Assembly: GCA_965204115.1 (NCBI GenBank)
Contig: OZ241963.1
Location: 377,548 to 441,547 of the forward strand
Source of the DNA: Minisyncoccota bacterium
Lineage (GTDB): Bacteria; Patescibacteriota; Minisyncoccia; Phycocordibacterales; JABAAK01
Direction of reading: 5' to 3'
Length of the DNA: 64,000 nt
Position numbers and translations under genes: made by a program. This document shows, in pieces, positions 37,694-45,664 of the stretch; the first letter of the stretch is position 1; every line of letters begins with the position of its first letter. The notes under the pieces were generated by a model. That model saw only the letters and a program-made list of their open reading frames with translations. It did not search any database and had not been told where the DNA came from.

Positions 37694-39610
37694 CTACCAC
37701 ACAAACGCATCGTTGAGATAGCGCAGCAGGTCTTGTGTGTCGGTGAAGGCGTTTTCTGAGTTGAGTATGACTGTTATAACATGCCCCTTTTGCTTTGGTG
37801 CTTTGGAAATTATTGCGAGATTGCTTTTTGCTCTCGGTGTTGTGCCGGTTTTACCGCCCAGTATCTGTAGTGGGAGGTCTTGGCTGCTGAGCAGTTCGTT
37901 GGTTGTTGTTATCGGTACGGTTCGATTGTCATTTACGGTGGTGATGATGTGTTCATCTTTTTGCAGGATTGCAAAGATGTCTTTCTTGTTCTTGAATAGA
38001 TGCTGCAGGAGTGCCACGACGTCTGATACGGTTGCGTGGTTCAGGTCGCTGCTTCCCTGTTCCGGGTCAAGTCCGGTTGTGTTGAAGAAGTGTGTGTTGA
38101 GCATTTTTAGCTGGCGAGCTCTGTTGTTCATTTTTTGTATAAATTTTTCCCTGCCGATTGTTTCTGCGATTGCGATTGCGACTTCGTTATTTGATTCTAT
38201 CAAAATCGCATGCAGCGCGTCGTTGAGTGTTAGTGTTTCTCCTGCGGTAAATTTTCCTGACACACCTTTTCCGCTCAACGCGCTCCGGTTGATGGTGATG
38301 TGGCTGTTTCGCTGCAGGGTCTCCGTCGCGACTAGTGCGGTCATTAGTTTGGTGATACTCGCGATTGGTACTTCCCTTTCTTTATTTTTTTGTAGGAGTG
38401 CTTGGTTTGTACGGTTTGCGTTTATTGCTATTGCCACAGCGCTGTCCGCGGACAGTGTGGGCTCTTCACTGTTGCTGCGCTTTAGGATTGGGGACGGTGT
38501 TGTTCGTCGCGCTGCCGGCAGCACGAGTTCGGCATGCCACACATCGTTTTGCCAGCGCCAGTCAGCATCCATGCCGCCGAAGATCCACATCTTATCTTTA
38601 AATATAATTGAGGAGAAATCTTCCCGCCCCTTCCATTGCGGATCAGTCACGGTCTTGCTCCAGATGATTCCGTCTTCGGTATACCACACATTGTTCGGTC
38701 CGCCGTTTCTTGCATCGTTAAATCTCCCGATGAGCCACAGTTTTCCTTTGTATGCTTCCATCGCGTGACCCTGCCGGCTTTCCCATGGCGGGTTGTCGGT
38801 GAGCAGCCGCCAGTCCATACCGTTTTCGGTTACCCAGACATCACTAAAGATTGCGTTGTTCAAATCCATACCGCCGGTTAGGAATAGTTTTCCGTTGAAC
38901 GCCGCGGTTGCGTGATCCCACCGCGACTCCCACGGCGCTTCCTTCGCCTCTGTCCAGGTGACTCCGTCTTCGGAGTACCACACATCGTTTTTCGTTTCTC
39001 GGTCGTCATAGTTCACGCCGCCGATGAGCCAAATCTTATCCTGAAAAATTTCCACCAACTGCCCTTCCCGTGCCGGCCACGCTGCCTCCTTGACCACCTG
39101 TGTCCAGTGCACTCCGTCAACTGATGACCAGATATCGTTTGTGTATCCGGTTACCGGACTCCACCCGCCGAACATCCACAAGGTGTCTTTAAAGAGCACT
39201 ACTGACATTGATCGCCTCGGTGGCCATGCAGCTTCTGCTGTCGCCTGTTGCCACACCACACCGTCTTCGGAGTGCCATACATCGTTGAAGTGTGGTGCCT
39301 TCCAGTAGTCGATGGTTTTGTCTCCCCTGACTGTTTGGTTGCCGTTGATCCCCCCCATCATCCAGATTTTATTTTGGAATATAAATGCCTCGGCAGAATC
39401 TCGTGCCTCCCATGGTGCCGCTGCTGTTACCTTTGTCCAACGCATATCCTGCCGTCGTGGTGTTGCTGGCTTTTGGTCGGTGCCGTTTTGTGCGATCTTT
39501 TTTTCGTCATCTGTAGCGTCCGGTTCGGTGGATGGACCGACCATGTGGTACATACCGAAAACGAAGAGGGCGAAGACAGCCGCAAAGATGACGAATTCAA
39601 ACCATTTCAT
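37694..39610 (-). CDS. Fusion protein: N-terminal Asp-box (BNR-like) beta-propeller + C-terminal D-Ala-D-Ala carboxypeptidase (S11, DacA-like)
   Basis: Five S-x-D-G-x-x-W boxes (HSEDGVVW, SSVDGVHW, YSEDGVTW, VTENGMDW, YTEDGIIW). C-terminal SITK (SxxK), SNN (SxN) and KTG motifs of PBP5-type peptidases; N-terminal TM anchor. Confidence 0.75.
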   Translation of the reverse strand: MKWFEFVIFAAVFALFVFGMYHMVGPSTEPDATDDEKKIAQNGTDQKPATPRRQDMRWTKVTAAAPWEARDSAEAFIFQNKIWMMGGINGNQTVRGDKTIDYWKAPHFNDVWHSEDGVVWQQATAEAAWPPRRSMSVVLFKDTLWMFGGWSPVTGYTNDIWSSVDGVHWTQVVKEAAWPAREGQLVEIFQDKIWLIGGVNYDDRETKNDVWYSEDGVTWTEAKEAPWESRWDHATAAFNGKLFLTGGMDLNNAIFSDVWVTENGMDWRLLTDNPPWESRQGHAMEAYKGKLWLIGRFNDARNGGPNNVWYTEDGIIWSKTVTDPQWKGREDFSSIIFKDKMWIFGGMDADWRWQNDVWHAELVLPAARRTTPSPILKRSNSEEPTLSADSAVAIAINANRTNQALLQKNKEREVPIASITKLMTALVATETLQRNSHITINRSALSGKGVSGKFTAGETLTLNDALHAILIESNNEVAIAIAETIGREKFIQKMNNRARQLKMLNTHFFNTTGLDPEQGSSDLNHATVSDVVALLQHLFKNKKDIFAILQKDEHIITTVNDNRTVPITTTNELLSSQDLPLQILGGKTGTTPRAKSNLAIISKAPKQKGHVITVILNSENAFTDTQDLLRYLNDAFVW

Positions 39611-39635
39611 TTTTGTAGTGTAGCATTATATATCA

Positions 39636-39920
39636 ATGACCCCGTTTAAGAAAAGAGTGTTTGCCATTGTTTCCCGCATCCCGAAAGGGTCGGTGATGAC
39701 CTATGGAGAGGTCGCGGCGCGAGCAGGATCACCCGGCGCGGCGCGAGCGGTTGGGAGCAGCATGGCACAAAATGTTGACCCCGCAGTTCCCTGCCACAGA
39801 GTTGTGCGATCTGACGGCAAAATCGGAAAATATAACCGAGGAGGGGTTTCCCGGAAAAAACAGCTTTTGCAAGATGAAGGTGTGGTGGTTATCGGTGATC
39901 GAGTAAAGTGTTTCACATAG
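39636..39920 (+). CDS. MGMT-family DNA-binding domain protein (O6-alkylguanine-DNA alkyltransferase C-domain only), PCHRVV active site
   Basis: 94 aa; the YGEVAARAG..RAVG...NP..VPCHRVV pattern is the MGMT C-terminal domain with catalytic Cys retained. Confidence 0.7.
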   Translation: MTPFKKRVFAIVSRIPKGSVMTYGEVAARAGSPGAARAVGSSMAQNVDPAVPCHRVVRSDGKIGKYNRGGVSRKKQLLQDEGVVVIGDRVKCFT

Positions 39921-40390
39921 CGACATGTTTCACGTGAAACACTCCATTTGAGAAAAACCTTGATTTTTCGTTGGGGTGTTTCACATAGCCACATGTTTCA
40001 CGTGAAACACTTTTGACGCTTTCCTATGTGAAACATGTTTCACGTGAAACACTCCATTTGAGAAAAAACCTTGATTTTTCGTTGGGGTGTTTCACATAGC
40101 CACATGTTTCACGTGAAACACTTTTTTAAAAAACCTTGATTTTGTGTAGAGTGTTTCACATAGCGACATGTTTCACGTGAAACACTTTTGCTGCTTTCCC
40201 TTGTGAAACATGTTTCACGTGAAACACTCCATTTGAGAAAAAACCTTGATTTTTCGTTGAGGTGTTTCACATAGCCACATGTTTCACGTGAAACACTTTT
40301 TTAAAAAACCTTGATTTTGTGTAGAGTGTTTCACATAGCGACATGTTTCATGTGAAACACTTTTCTCTGTGAAACATGTGAAACACTTTT
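39917..40390. promoter_or_regulatory. Tandem array of 8 parS centromere sites (7 perfect TGTTTCACGTGAAACA, 1 with a central C-to-T change), plus half-sites, in ~240-bp higher-order repeats
   Basis: Perfect 16-mers at 39926-39941, 39994-40009, 40036-40051, 40105-40120, 40169-40184, 40211-40226, 40280-40295; variant TGTTTCATGTGAAACA at 40344-40359. Matches the Bacillus/general ParB-Spo0J parS consensus TGTTNCACGTGAAACA. Confidence 0.75.
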
Positions 40391-40497
40391 TTGTAAAAAA
40401 TCATAATTTGTATTATTGTCAAAGTTATGGTTTAATATTTTTTTAAGTTGCTTGATTCTGTGTTCCGTCTTCCGGTGCTTATATACTGTGTATAACT

Positions 40498-40863
40498 ATG
40501 TTCATATTGTGTAAATTTTTTGGAAATATTGGGGAGAAGTATGCTGAAAAGTATTTGAAAAGTTGTGGATATAAAATTATAGCTCGACAGCACAATGCAA
40601 AATTTGTGGAAATTGATATCCTGGCTCAGCGAGAGGGAACACTCTATCTCTTTGAGGTTAAAACTTCTTCGCGAAGCATCTCCGATCACTCACCATTCCA
40701 CCCCGCTTATCGCGTCAACCAACGCAAGATCAAAAAGATGAGTCAGTTCGCTGACGCCTATTTGAATAACCATCAGGAATATGTCGGAGCTGCTATTGGA
40801 GTCATCGTTGTTTCTCTCGCTGAGGAATTGTCACACCCGGAGATTGAGATCATTTGGACTTGA
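40498..40863 (+). CDS. yraN: YraN/UPF0102-family predicted endonuclease
   Basis: GEKYAEKYLKSCGYKIIARQHNAKFVEIDILAQREGTLYLFEVKTS matches the UPF0102 pattern (GE.A..YL...G..I..RN.R...GEIDII....TLVFVEVK). The first half of the gene is unusually AT-rich. Confidence 0.6.
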   Translation: MFILCKFFGNIGEKYAEKYLKSCGYKIIARQHNAKFVEIDILAQREGTLYLFEVKTSSRSISDHSPFHPAYRVNQRKIKKMSQFADAYLNNHQEYVGAAIGVIVVSLAEELSHPEIEIIWT

Positions 40864-40926
40864 TCTTCGTAGAGCAGGGAAGTGTCTCGCTCCCATGTTA
40901 CAATTCTTATGTGATGGTGCCGCTTA

Positions 40927-40999
40927 CGGGGAATGGTGTAACGGCTAACATGCCCGCTTTGGGAGCGGGTGATTCCGGGTTCGAATCCCGGTTCCCCGA
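40927..40999 (+). tRNA. tRNA-Pro (anticodon TGG)
   Basis: Acceptor CGGGGAA/TTCCCCG, anticodon loop TTTGGGA, T-arm CCGGGTTCGAATCCCGG. Confidence 0.8.
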
Positions 41000-41077
41000 C
41001 TGACTATCTGATGATCCTGCTATCTGTTTTTTGTGATTGGTGATCTGGCATATTTGGTTGTATAGTGTTGGTGTGGG

Positions 41078-41149
41078 CGGAGAGTGGTGTAACGGTAACA
41101 TACACGATTCGGGTTCGTGTGACTCCGGGTTCGATTCCCGGCTCTCCGA
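41078..41149 (+). tRNA. tRNA-Pro (anticodon CGG)
   Basis: Acceptor CGGAGAG/CTCTCCG, anticodon stem CACGA/TCGTG with loop TTCGGGT, T-arm CCGGGTTCGATTCCCGG. Confidence 0.75.
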
Positions 41150-41503
41150 CATCTCTATTAGGCACCTGCTTGCCGGACGGCTATCTTGACTTTTACTGGT
41201 AGAGTAGTTATATAATAAATCTATGGCTTTGGCAAGCGTTTTCCACCCCTTGCGCTTCTGGAGAAAATTGGTGTATTATATAGGTGTCGCCTGTAGGCGA
41301 CCGATTATCAACTAAACGAAACATTTTATGTTTACTATCATGAATTCTGATGACCCAACTGAGAAGAACCCGAGCGATCAGCCAATGGATGGGTAATGAC
41401 TAATGCAATTCGACCTACAGAAATAGTTTAATCACAAAAGCGGAGCACCATGCTCCGCTTTTGTGTTTGAGGTGCTTCTTTTGCGGTATACTGCTGGTGT
41501 TCA

Positions 41504-41574
41504 GCGGGCGTAGTTTAGTGGTAGAACATCCGCCTTCCAAGCGGAAAATGAGAGTTCGATTCTCTCCGTCCGCA
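41504..41574 (+). tRNA. tRNA-Gly (anticodon TCC)
   Basis: Acceptor GCGGGCG/CGTCCGC, anticodon loop CTTCCAA, T-arm GAGAGTTCGATTCTCTC; the D-arm is identical to that of tRNA-Gly(GCC) at 14131. Confidence 0.8.
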
Positions 41575-41591
41575 CTTTAGCCGAGAATCTA

Positions 41592-43040
41592 ATGAAAATT
41601 ATTGACTTGTATATGCCCGGCGAGTATACTGTCGTATATATGCGTGTTGTCACCAAGCAATCACAGGCAGAGCAGCCGGAGGTCATTGTGTATTCTTTTA
41701 ACCCCGATGATTTTATGAGTGGGTTGCAGATGCTCAGCGCGTCTCTTGCAGCGATTGCGGAGCGGAAAGGGTTGAAAGGGGAAGTCGGTGATGTTGTTGT
41801 TGGGATGAATACTGACGGCATTCAGATGTACTGTGTTGTTACTGATCGTTCTGATGGGGTGAGAACACGGGATGCCGGGGGTGCCTGTGCTGCGTGGGCG
41901 ATAGGGGAGCGTCTAAATATAGTAGAGATGGCGGAAGGAGTGCCGGAGGACTTTGTGGAAGGGTTTTTGCTGCGTAACTATGTGTTTTCTGAGTATAAGA
42001 CGGTTGAGGATAAAAAGATGGCGACTGTTGCGTCCGTGCTGACAGCAAGCCCTTTTCCCGAGGGGCGCCTGCACAGTGTACGGGCGAACCATGCTGCGCG
42101 TGATTTTATGAATGAGCCGCCTAATGCCCTCCATCCTGCCCGATACGCTGAAAAAATACAAACACTCTTTGCTGATACGGCAGTTTCTGTTGAGGTGCTG
42201 GGGGAGGAAACCCTGGAAAAGCTCGGTATGCGCGCGTTGCTCGCGGTTGGTCGGGGGTCGGCACATGAGAGCAAGGTTGTCGTTATGCGCTGGCAGGGCG
42301 GGCAGGATGCCGCTGTTGACCTTGCGCTCGTCGGGAAAGGGGTTACCTTTGATACCGGTGGTATATCCCTCAAGCCGGGTGGGCAGATGGATGCGATGCG
42401 GTGGGATATGGGCGGCTCAGCGGCAGTTGTGGGTGCTCTGTATGCGGCAGCGAAAAACAATGTGCAGTGCAGCATTGTCGGGGTGGTTGGTTTGGTGGAG
42501 AATATGCCGGACGGCAGTTCGTACAGACCCGGAGACATTGTTACCAGCATGTCCGGAAAGACGATTGAAATCATAAATACCGATGCTGAAGGTCGTATGG
42601 TACTCGCTGATGCGCTCTGGTATGTGCAGGAGCGGTTTTCTCCCTGTGAAATCATTGATTTTGCCACCCTCACTGGTGCGATTGTTGCTGCGCTTGGTGC
42701 TGAGTATGGTGGACTTTTCACTAATAATACCGCATTCGCGGAACGGCTTGTGTATGCCGGTGAGCGATCCGGTGAGCCCGTGTGGCATATGCCGATTCAC
42801 GATAACTACATCAAGCGCATGAAGTCACGGACCGCTGATTTGCGGAATATGAGCGTTTTGTGCGAGGACACAGGCGCAGGGACTGCTGCGGCGTTCCTTC
42901 GCGAATTCATCAAGAAAGATTCCGTGTGGGCACACATTGATATTGCCGGCTGCGCATTTCCATCTAAGCATAATAAGCTCGCAGGTGAAGATCCGAGCGG
43001 ATTCGGCGCCCGTTTCATACATTCCTATCTCACGGAGTAG
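41592..43040 (+). CDS. pepA: Leucyl aminopeptidase (M17 family)
   Basis: NTDAEGRMVLADAL M17 signature, two-domain length (482 aa). Confidence 0.85.
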   Translation: MKIIDLYMPGEYTVVYMRVVTKQSQAEQPEVIVYSFNPDDFMSGLQMLSASLAAIAERKGLKGEVGDVVVGMNTDGIQMYCVVTDRSDGVRTRDAGGACAAWAIGERLNIVEMAEGVPEDFVEGFLLRNYVFSEYKTVEDKKMATVASVLTASPFPEGRLHSVRANHAARDFMNEPPNALHPARYAEKIQTLFADTAVSVEVLGEETLEKLGMRALLAVGRGSAHESKVVVMRWQGGQDAAVDLALVGKGVTFDTGGISLKPGGQMDAMRWDMGGSAAVVGALYAAAKNNVQCSIVGVVGLVENMPDGSSYRPGDIVTSMSGKTIEIINTDAEGRMVLADALWYVQERFSPCEIIDFATLTGAIVAALGAEYGGLFTNNTAFAERLVYAGERSGEPVWHMPIHDNYIKRMKSRTADLRNMSVLCEDTGAGTAAAFLREFIKKDSVWAHIDIAGCAFPSKHNKLAGEDPSGFGARFIHSYLTE

Positions 43041-43054
43041 CGGCGTGGTTTTTG

Positions 43055-44728
43055 CTATTTCGGCTCGTCAAGGAGGTGCAATATTGTTTTCTTAGGAAGT
43101 GCCCAGAGGAAGGTGCCGAGGCGCGGGCCGCTGTTTTTGGTGACGAGGAGTTGGTAGAGGTGTTTGAATAGGTTGCGCTGTGCCTTTTTGAGTTCTTTTT
43201 CATCAGTATAATCTTTTTTGGGTAGGGAATAGATCTGCTCCTCTAAGTTTTGTACCGATGGTTTTTCACTCTTTTTCAGGTAGTCGCACATATTTTTGAT
43301 ATATTGCCTGTTTTTTTCATCTATTGTTTCCCAGTGTGCAGCATTCTTGTCTTCACGCACGGCAATTACTGCTTCTTTGTTATACTTAGTCAGCCATGCT
43401 TTTGCTTTCGGGAGGCGGGATCGTATTGATTTTGTGTCAAAAGAGAGGTTTGATGCGGTGAGTATCATCTGCATCTTACTCATATCCCACTGCGCAATTT
43501 GGGCAAAGCCGGTGAGGTTGCGAAAGGAGATGGGGTTTTTGTAGACATTGTGCGGATATACACTTTTGACCGCTTCGGTGATTCTTTTCTCTGTATTATC
43601 TTCCGCCGTTTGTTTTTTGAACCATTTGGCAAAAAAGTTTGCGCGCTTTTTGGTGAATGCTCGGTCTAATTCGTCGTATTGACGGTACACCTCTGTATCA
43701 AGGGCGAGGGAAAAGGTCTGGTTGGGGAGTCGGCGGAGGTACATCCAGAGGAGGAGTGCCGGCTCATAGATGGAGAGCAGTGTGCCGGGAGTGATTGTCG
43801 CGCCTTTTGATCCGGACATTTTGGTTGATCCGCCATGTATGCCGACAAAGCCGTATTCGGTGAATATCGGCGGTTCGGCGTTGAATATCTCTTTTGCAAT
43901 AGCAGCAGAGGCATCGTAGCTGCCGCCCGGTGCCGCATGATCGCTGCCGCCCGGCTCAAAGCAGACCTCTTCATACCCCCAGCGCATTGCCCAGTCCACT
44001 TTCCAGCTCAGTTTTGCGATGCGTGTTTCTGTGAGGTCTACCGTCTCTTCTTTTTTGGTTATTTTGCAGCGGTAGCGGACTGTTTTCTCACCATCGTAGT
44101 CAAGTATTTCCGTCGCATCTTTGCCGGTGAAGCGGGAGTAGAGTGAGATAGGGAAGTAGGTTTCGCGGTACTCGCTGTCTACTATATTTTTATTCTTTTT
44201 TCCTTTTTCTGTCATAAAAGAGAGCAGGATGTCGGCTATCTCTTTTCTCTTGCGCAGCGCTGTGATTATATGCTCGTCGTAGGTGCCTGATTGGTATAAT
44301 TTTGTCTGGTATTTATAGGTCGGTGTGATGTTGAACGCCTCTAACGCTTTTTCAAACTCCTGTTGGTAGTATGCGGCGTACGATACGCTTTGGTTGTGCG
44401 GTGATGGTATGTCTGACAGTGCTTTGCCAATGTGTTCCTCGTATGCTTGATCAATGTTCGCCGGCACTTTTCTGAAACGATCAAAGTCGTCCCATGAGTA
44501 GATAAACTCTGCCTGCTTGCCTTTTTCCTGCAGTGCCTTGACTACTGCAAAGGTGGTGATGACCTCGCGCAGATTGCCGAAATGGATCGGTCCCGATGGG
44601 CTGATGCCCGATGCGCAGACAAATTTTTGCTTGTTTGGATACCGCTGTATGAGGTAATCGGCGATGCCGTCTGCCCAATATGCCGCTTTTCCGTATTCTT
44701 CTCCTCCTATTCTGGTGCCGTGTTTCAT
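43055..44728 (-). CDS. Lysine--tRNA ligase, class I (archaeal-type LysRS)
   Basis: SGISPSGPIHFGN (HIGH-type motif of class I LysRS) and KMSGSKG (KMSKS); 557 aa. Confidence 0.8.
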   Translation of the reverse strand: MKHGTRIGGEEYGKAAYWADGIADYLIQRYPNKQKFVCASGISPSGPIHFGNLREVITTFAVVKALQEKGKQAEFIYSWDDFDRFRKVPANIDQAYEEHIGKALSDIPSPHNQSVSYAAYYQQEFEKALEAFNITPTYKYQTKLYQSGTYDEHIITALRKRKEIADILLSFMTEKGKKNKNIVDSEYRETYFPISLYSRFTGKDATEILDYDGEKTVRYRCKITKKEETVDLTETRIAKLSWKVDWAMRWGYEEVCFEPGGSDHAAPGGSYDASAAIAKEIFNAEPPIFTEYGFVGIHGGSTKMSGSKGATITPGTLLSIYEPALLLWMYLRRLPNQTFSLALDTEVYRQYDELDRAFTKKRANFFAKWFKKQTAEDNTEKRITEAVKSVYPHNVYKNPISFRNLTGFAQIAQWDMSKMQMILTASNLSFDTKSIRSRLPKAKAWLTKYNKEAVIAVREDKNAAHWETIDEKNRQYIKNMCDYLKKSEKPSVQNLEEQIYSLPKKDYTDEKELKKAQRNLFKHLYQLLVTKNSGPRLGTFLWALPKKTILHLLDEPK

Positions 44729-44813
44729 ATAGGTAGTGTATCATAGCGGGTTTGTTTGTGTATATAAAGAAGTTGCCCCGAGCGGATGCTCGGGGCTGAT
44801 GGGAAGAATTGAT

Positions 44814-45278
44814 CTAGCGGCGACTTTTCACTCGCTTGCTTGTTCGCCGCCTCTCGTCGGCGCGCTCTGGCGCCTGATGCGTTGCCCGACTCCGACTCGC
44901 TTGTCGGCGGGACGACTGATAGGTCGTCTTGCTCCGGCTCACCTGCTGGCGAGTGCGGGACGACTGGTAGGTCGTCTTGCTCCGACTGGTGGAGTGGGGG
45001 TATGACCTCCGCACTTGCCGTGGGGCAGCAGGGGCGGATGGGACATATCGGGTGTGGCGTCGGGGAGGGGCGTACCTGTGTGACGAAGGGGTGTGGTACG
45101 TCTTCTCCACCACCACCGTCCTGTAGTAGGAGCGGTGGTGCCGGTGGGTACACCCGTACCCACTACATATCGTGCAGTACGCACGGGTGGTGCGGTGCGG
45201 TGCGGTGTCGTGGACTACTACGGTGCACCCACCGAGCGATACCATCAATAGTGTCGCTATCAGGAAAAGATTTCTCAT
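44814..45278 (-). CDS. Low-complexity basic lipoprotein-like ORF (Arg/Ser/Tyr-rich, tandem SRSKTTYQSSR repeats) in a GC-rich patch
   Basis: MRNLFLIATLLMVSLGGC lipobox-like N-terminus. ~45-bp tandem DNA repeats; three mutually overlapping ORFs occupy this GC-rich segment, so the coding assignment is uncertain. Confidence 0.35.
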   Translation of the reverse strand: MRNLFLIATLLMVSLGGCTVVVHDTAPHRTTRAYCTICSGYGCTHRHHRSYYRTVVVEKTYHTPSSHRYAPPRRHTRYVPSAPAAPRQVRRSYPHSTSRSKTTYQSSRTRQQVSRSKTTYQSSRRQASRSRATHQAPERADERRRTSKRVKSRR

Positions 45279-45359
45279 TTCTTTTCCCTCCTTTTTTTTA
45301 AAGATTGTGGTGCAAAGGCACCGCTTTAATTATACCACAATATAGTTATTTTGTCAATG

Positions 45360-45437
<78 letters not shown>

Positions 45438-45506
45438 CTTAGATTGTACACCATTGTTCATCTATCTGTCTGAAACTTGTATTTTTGCGTTTTAGGCGCA
45501 ATGTTG

Positions 45507-45590
45507 TGCCCAGGAAAGGACTTGAACCTTCACGAGATTGCTCCCATACGCTCCTGAAGCGTACGCGTCTACCAATTCCGCCACCTGGGC
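45507..45590 (-). tRNA. tRNA-Leu (anticodon CAG), long variable arm
   Basis: rc gives GCCCAGGTGGCGGAATTGGTAGACGC..; anticodon stem TACGC/GCGTA with loop TTCAGGA; T-arm AAGGTTCAAGTCCTT. Confidence 0.8.
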
Positions 45591-45664
45591 TCTACAAGGA
45601 GTATACCGCATGTGCGCTCTTTTTTTACCCCTTGTCGGCTGCTGGGTATATACTGTTGGTAAGT

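Noticed and set aside
37737-38768. 343-aa plus-strand ORF
   Set aside because: Antisense to the propeller-DacA fusion gene, which has clear catalytic motifs; low-complexity Ser/Leu-rich translation.
39917-40390. Possible CRISPR array
   Set aside because: Repeat spacing is irregular (30-71 bp), the repeat is a perfect 16-bp palindrome matching the parS consensus, higher-order 240-bp periodicity, and no cas genes are present.
40907-41152. 81-aa minus-strand ORF
   Set aside because: Entirely overlaps the two tRNA-Pro genes.
41326-41470. 22-codon ORF (MFTIMNSDDPTEKNPSDQPMDG) followed by a strong terminator hairpin between the tRNA-Pro and tRNA-Gly genes
   Set aside because: Too short and without an RBS to call confidently; could be a leader peptide or small RNA, but nothing in the sequence distinguishes these.
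41501-41821. 106-aa minus-strand ORF
   Set aside because: Overlaps tRNA-Gly(TCC) and the 5' end of pepA.
45485-45664. Upstream extension of the cca ORF
   Set aside because: It would overlap tRNA-Leu(CAG) on the opposite strand. ATG at 45665 is followed directly by the conserved nucleotidyltransferase head.
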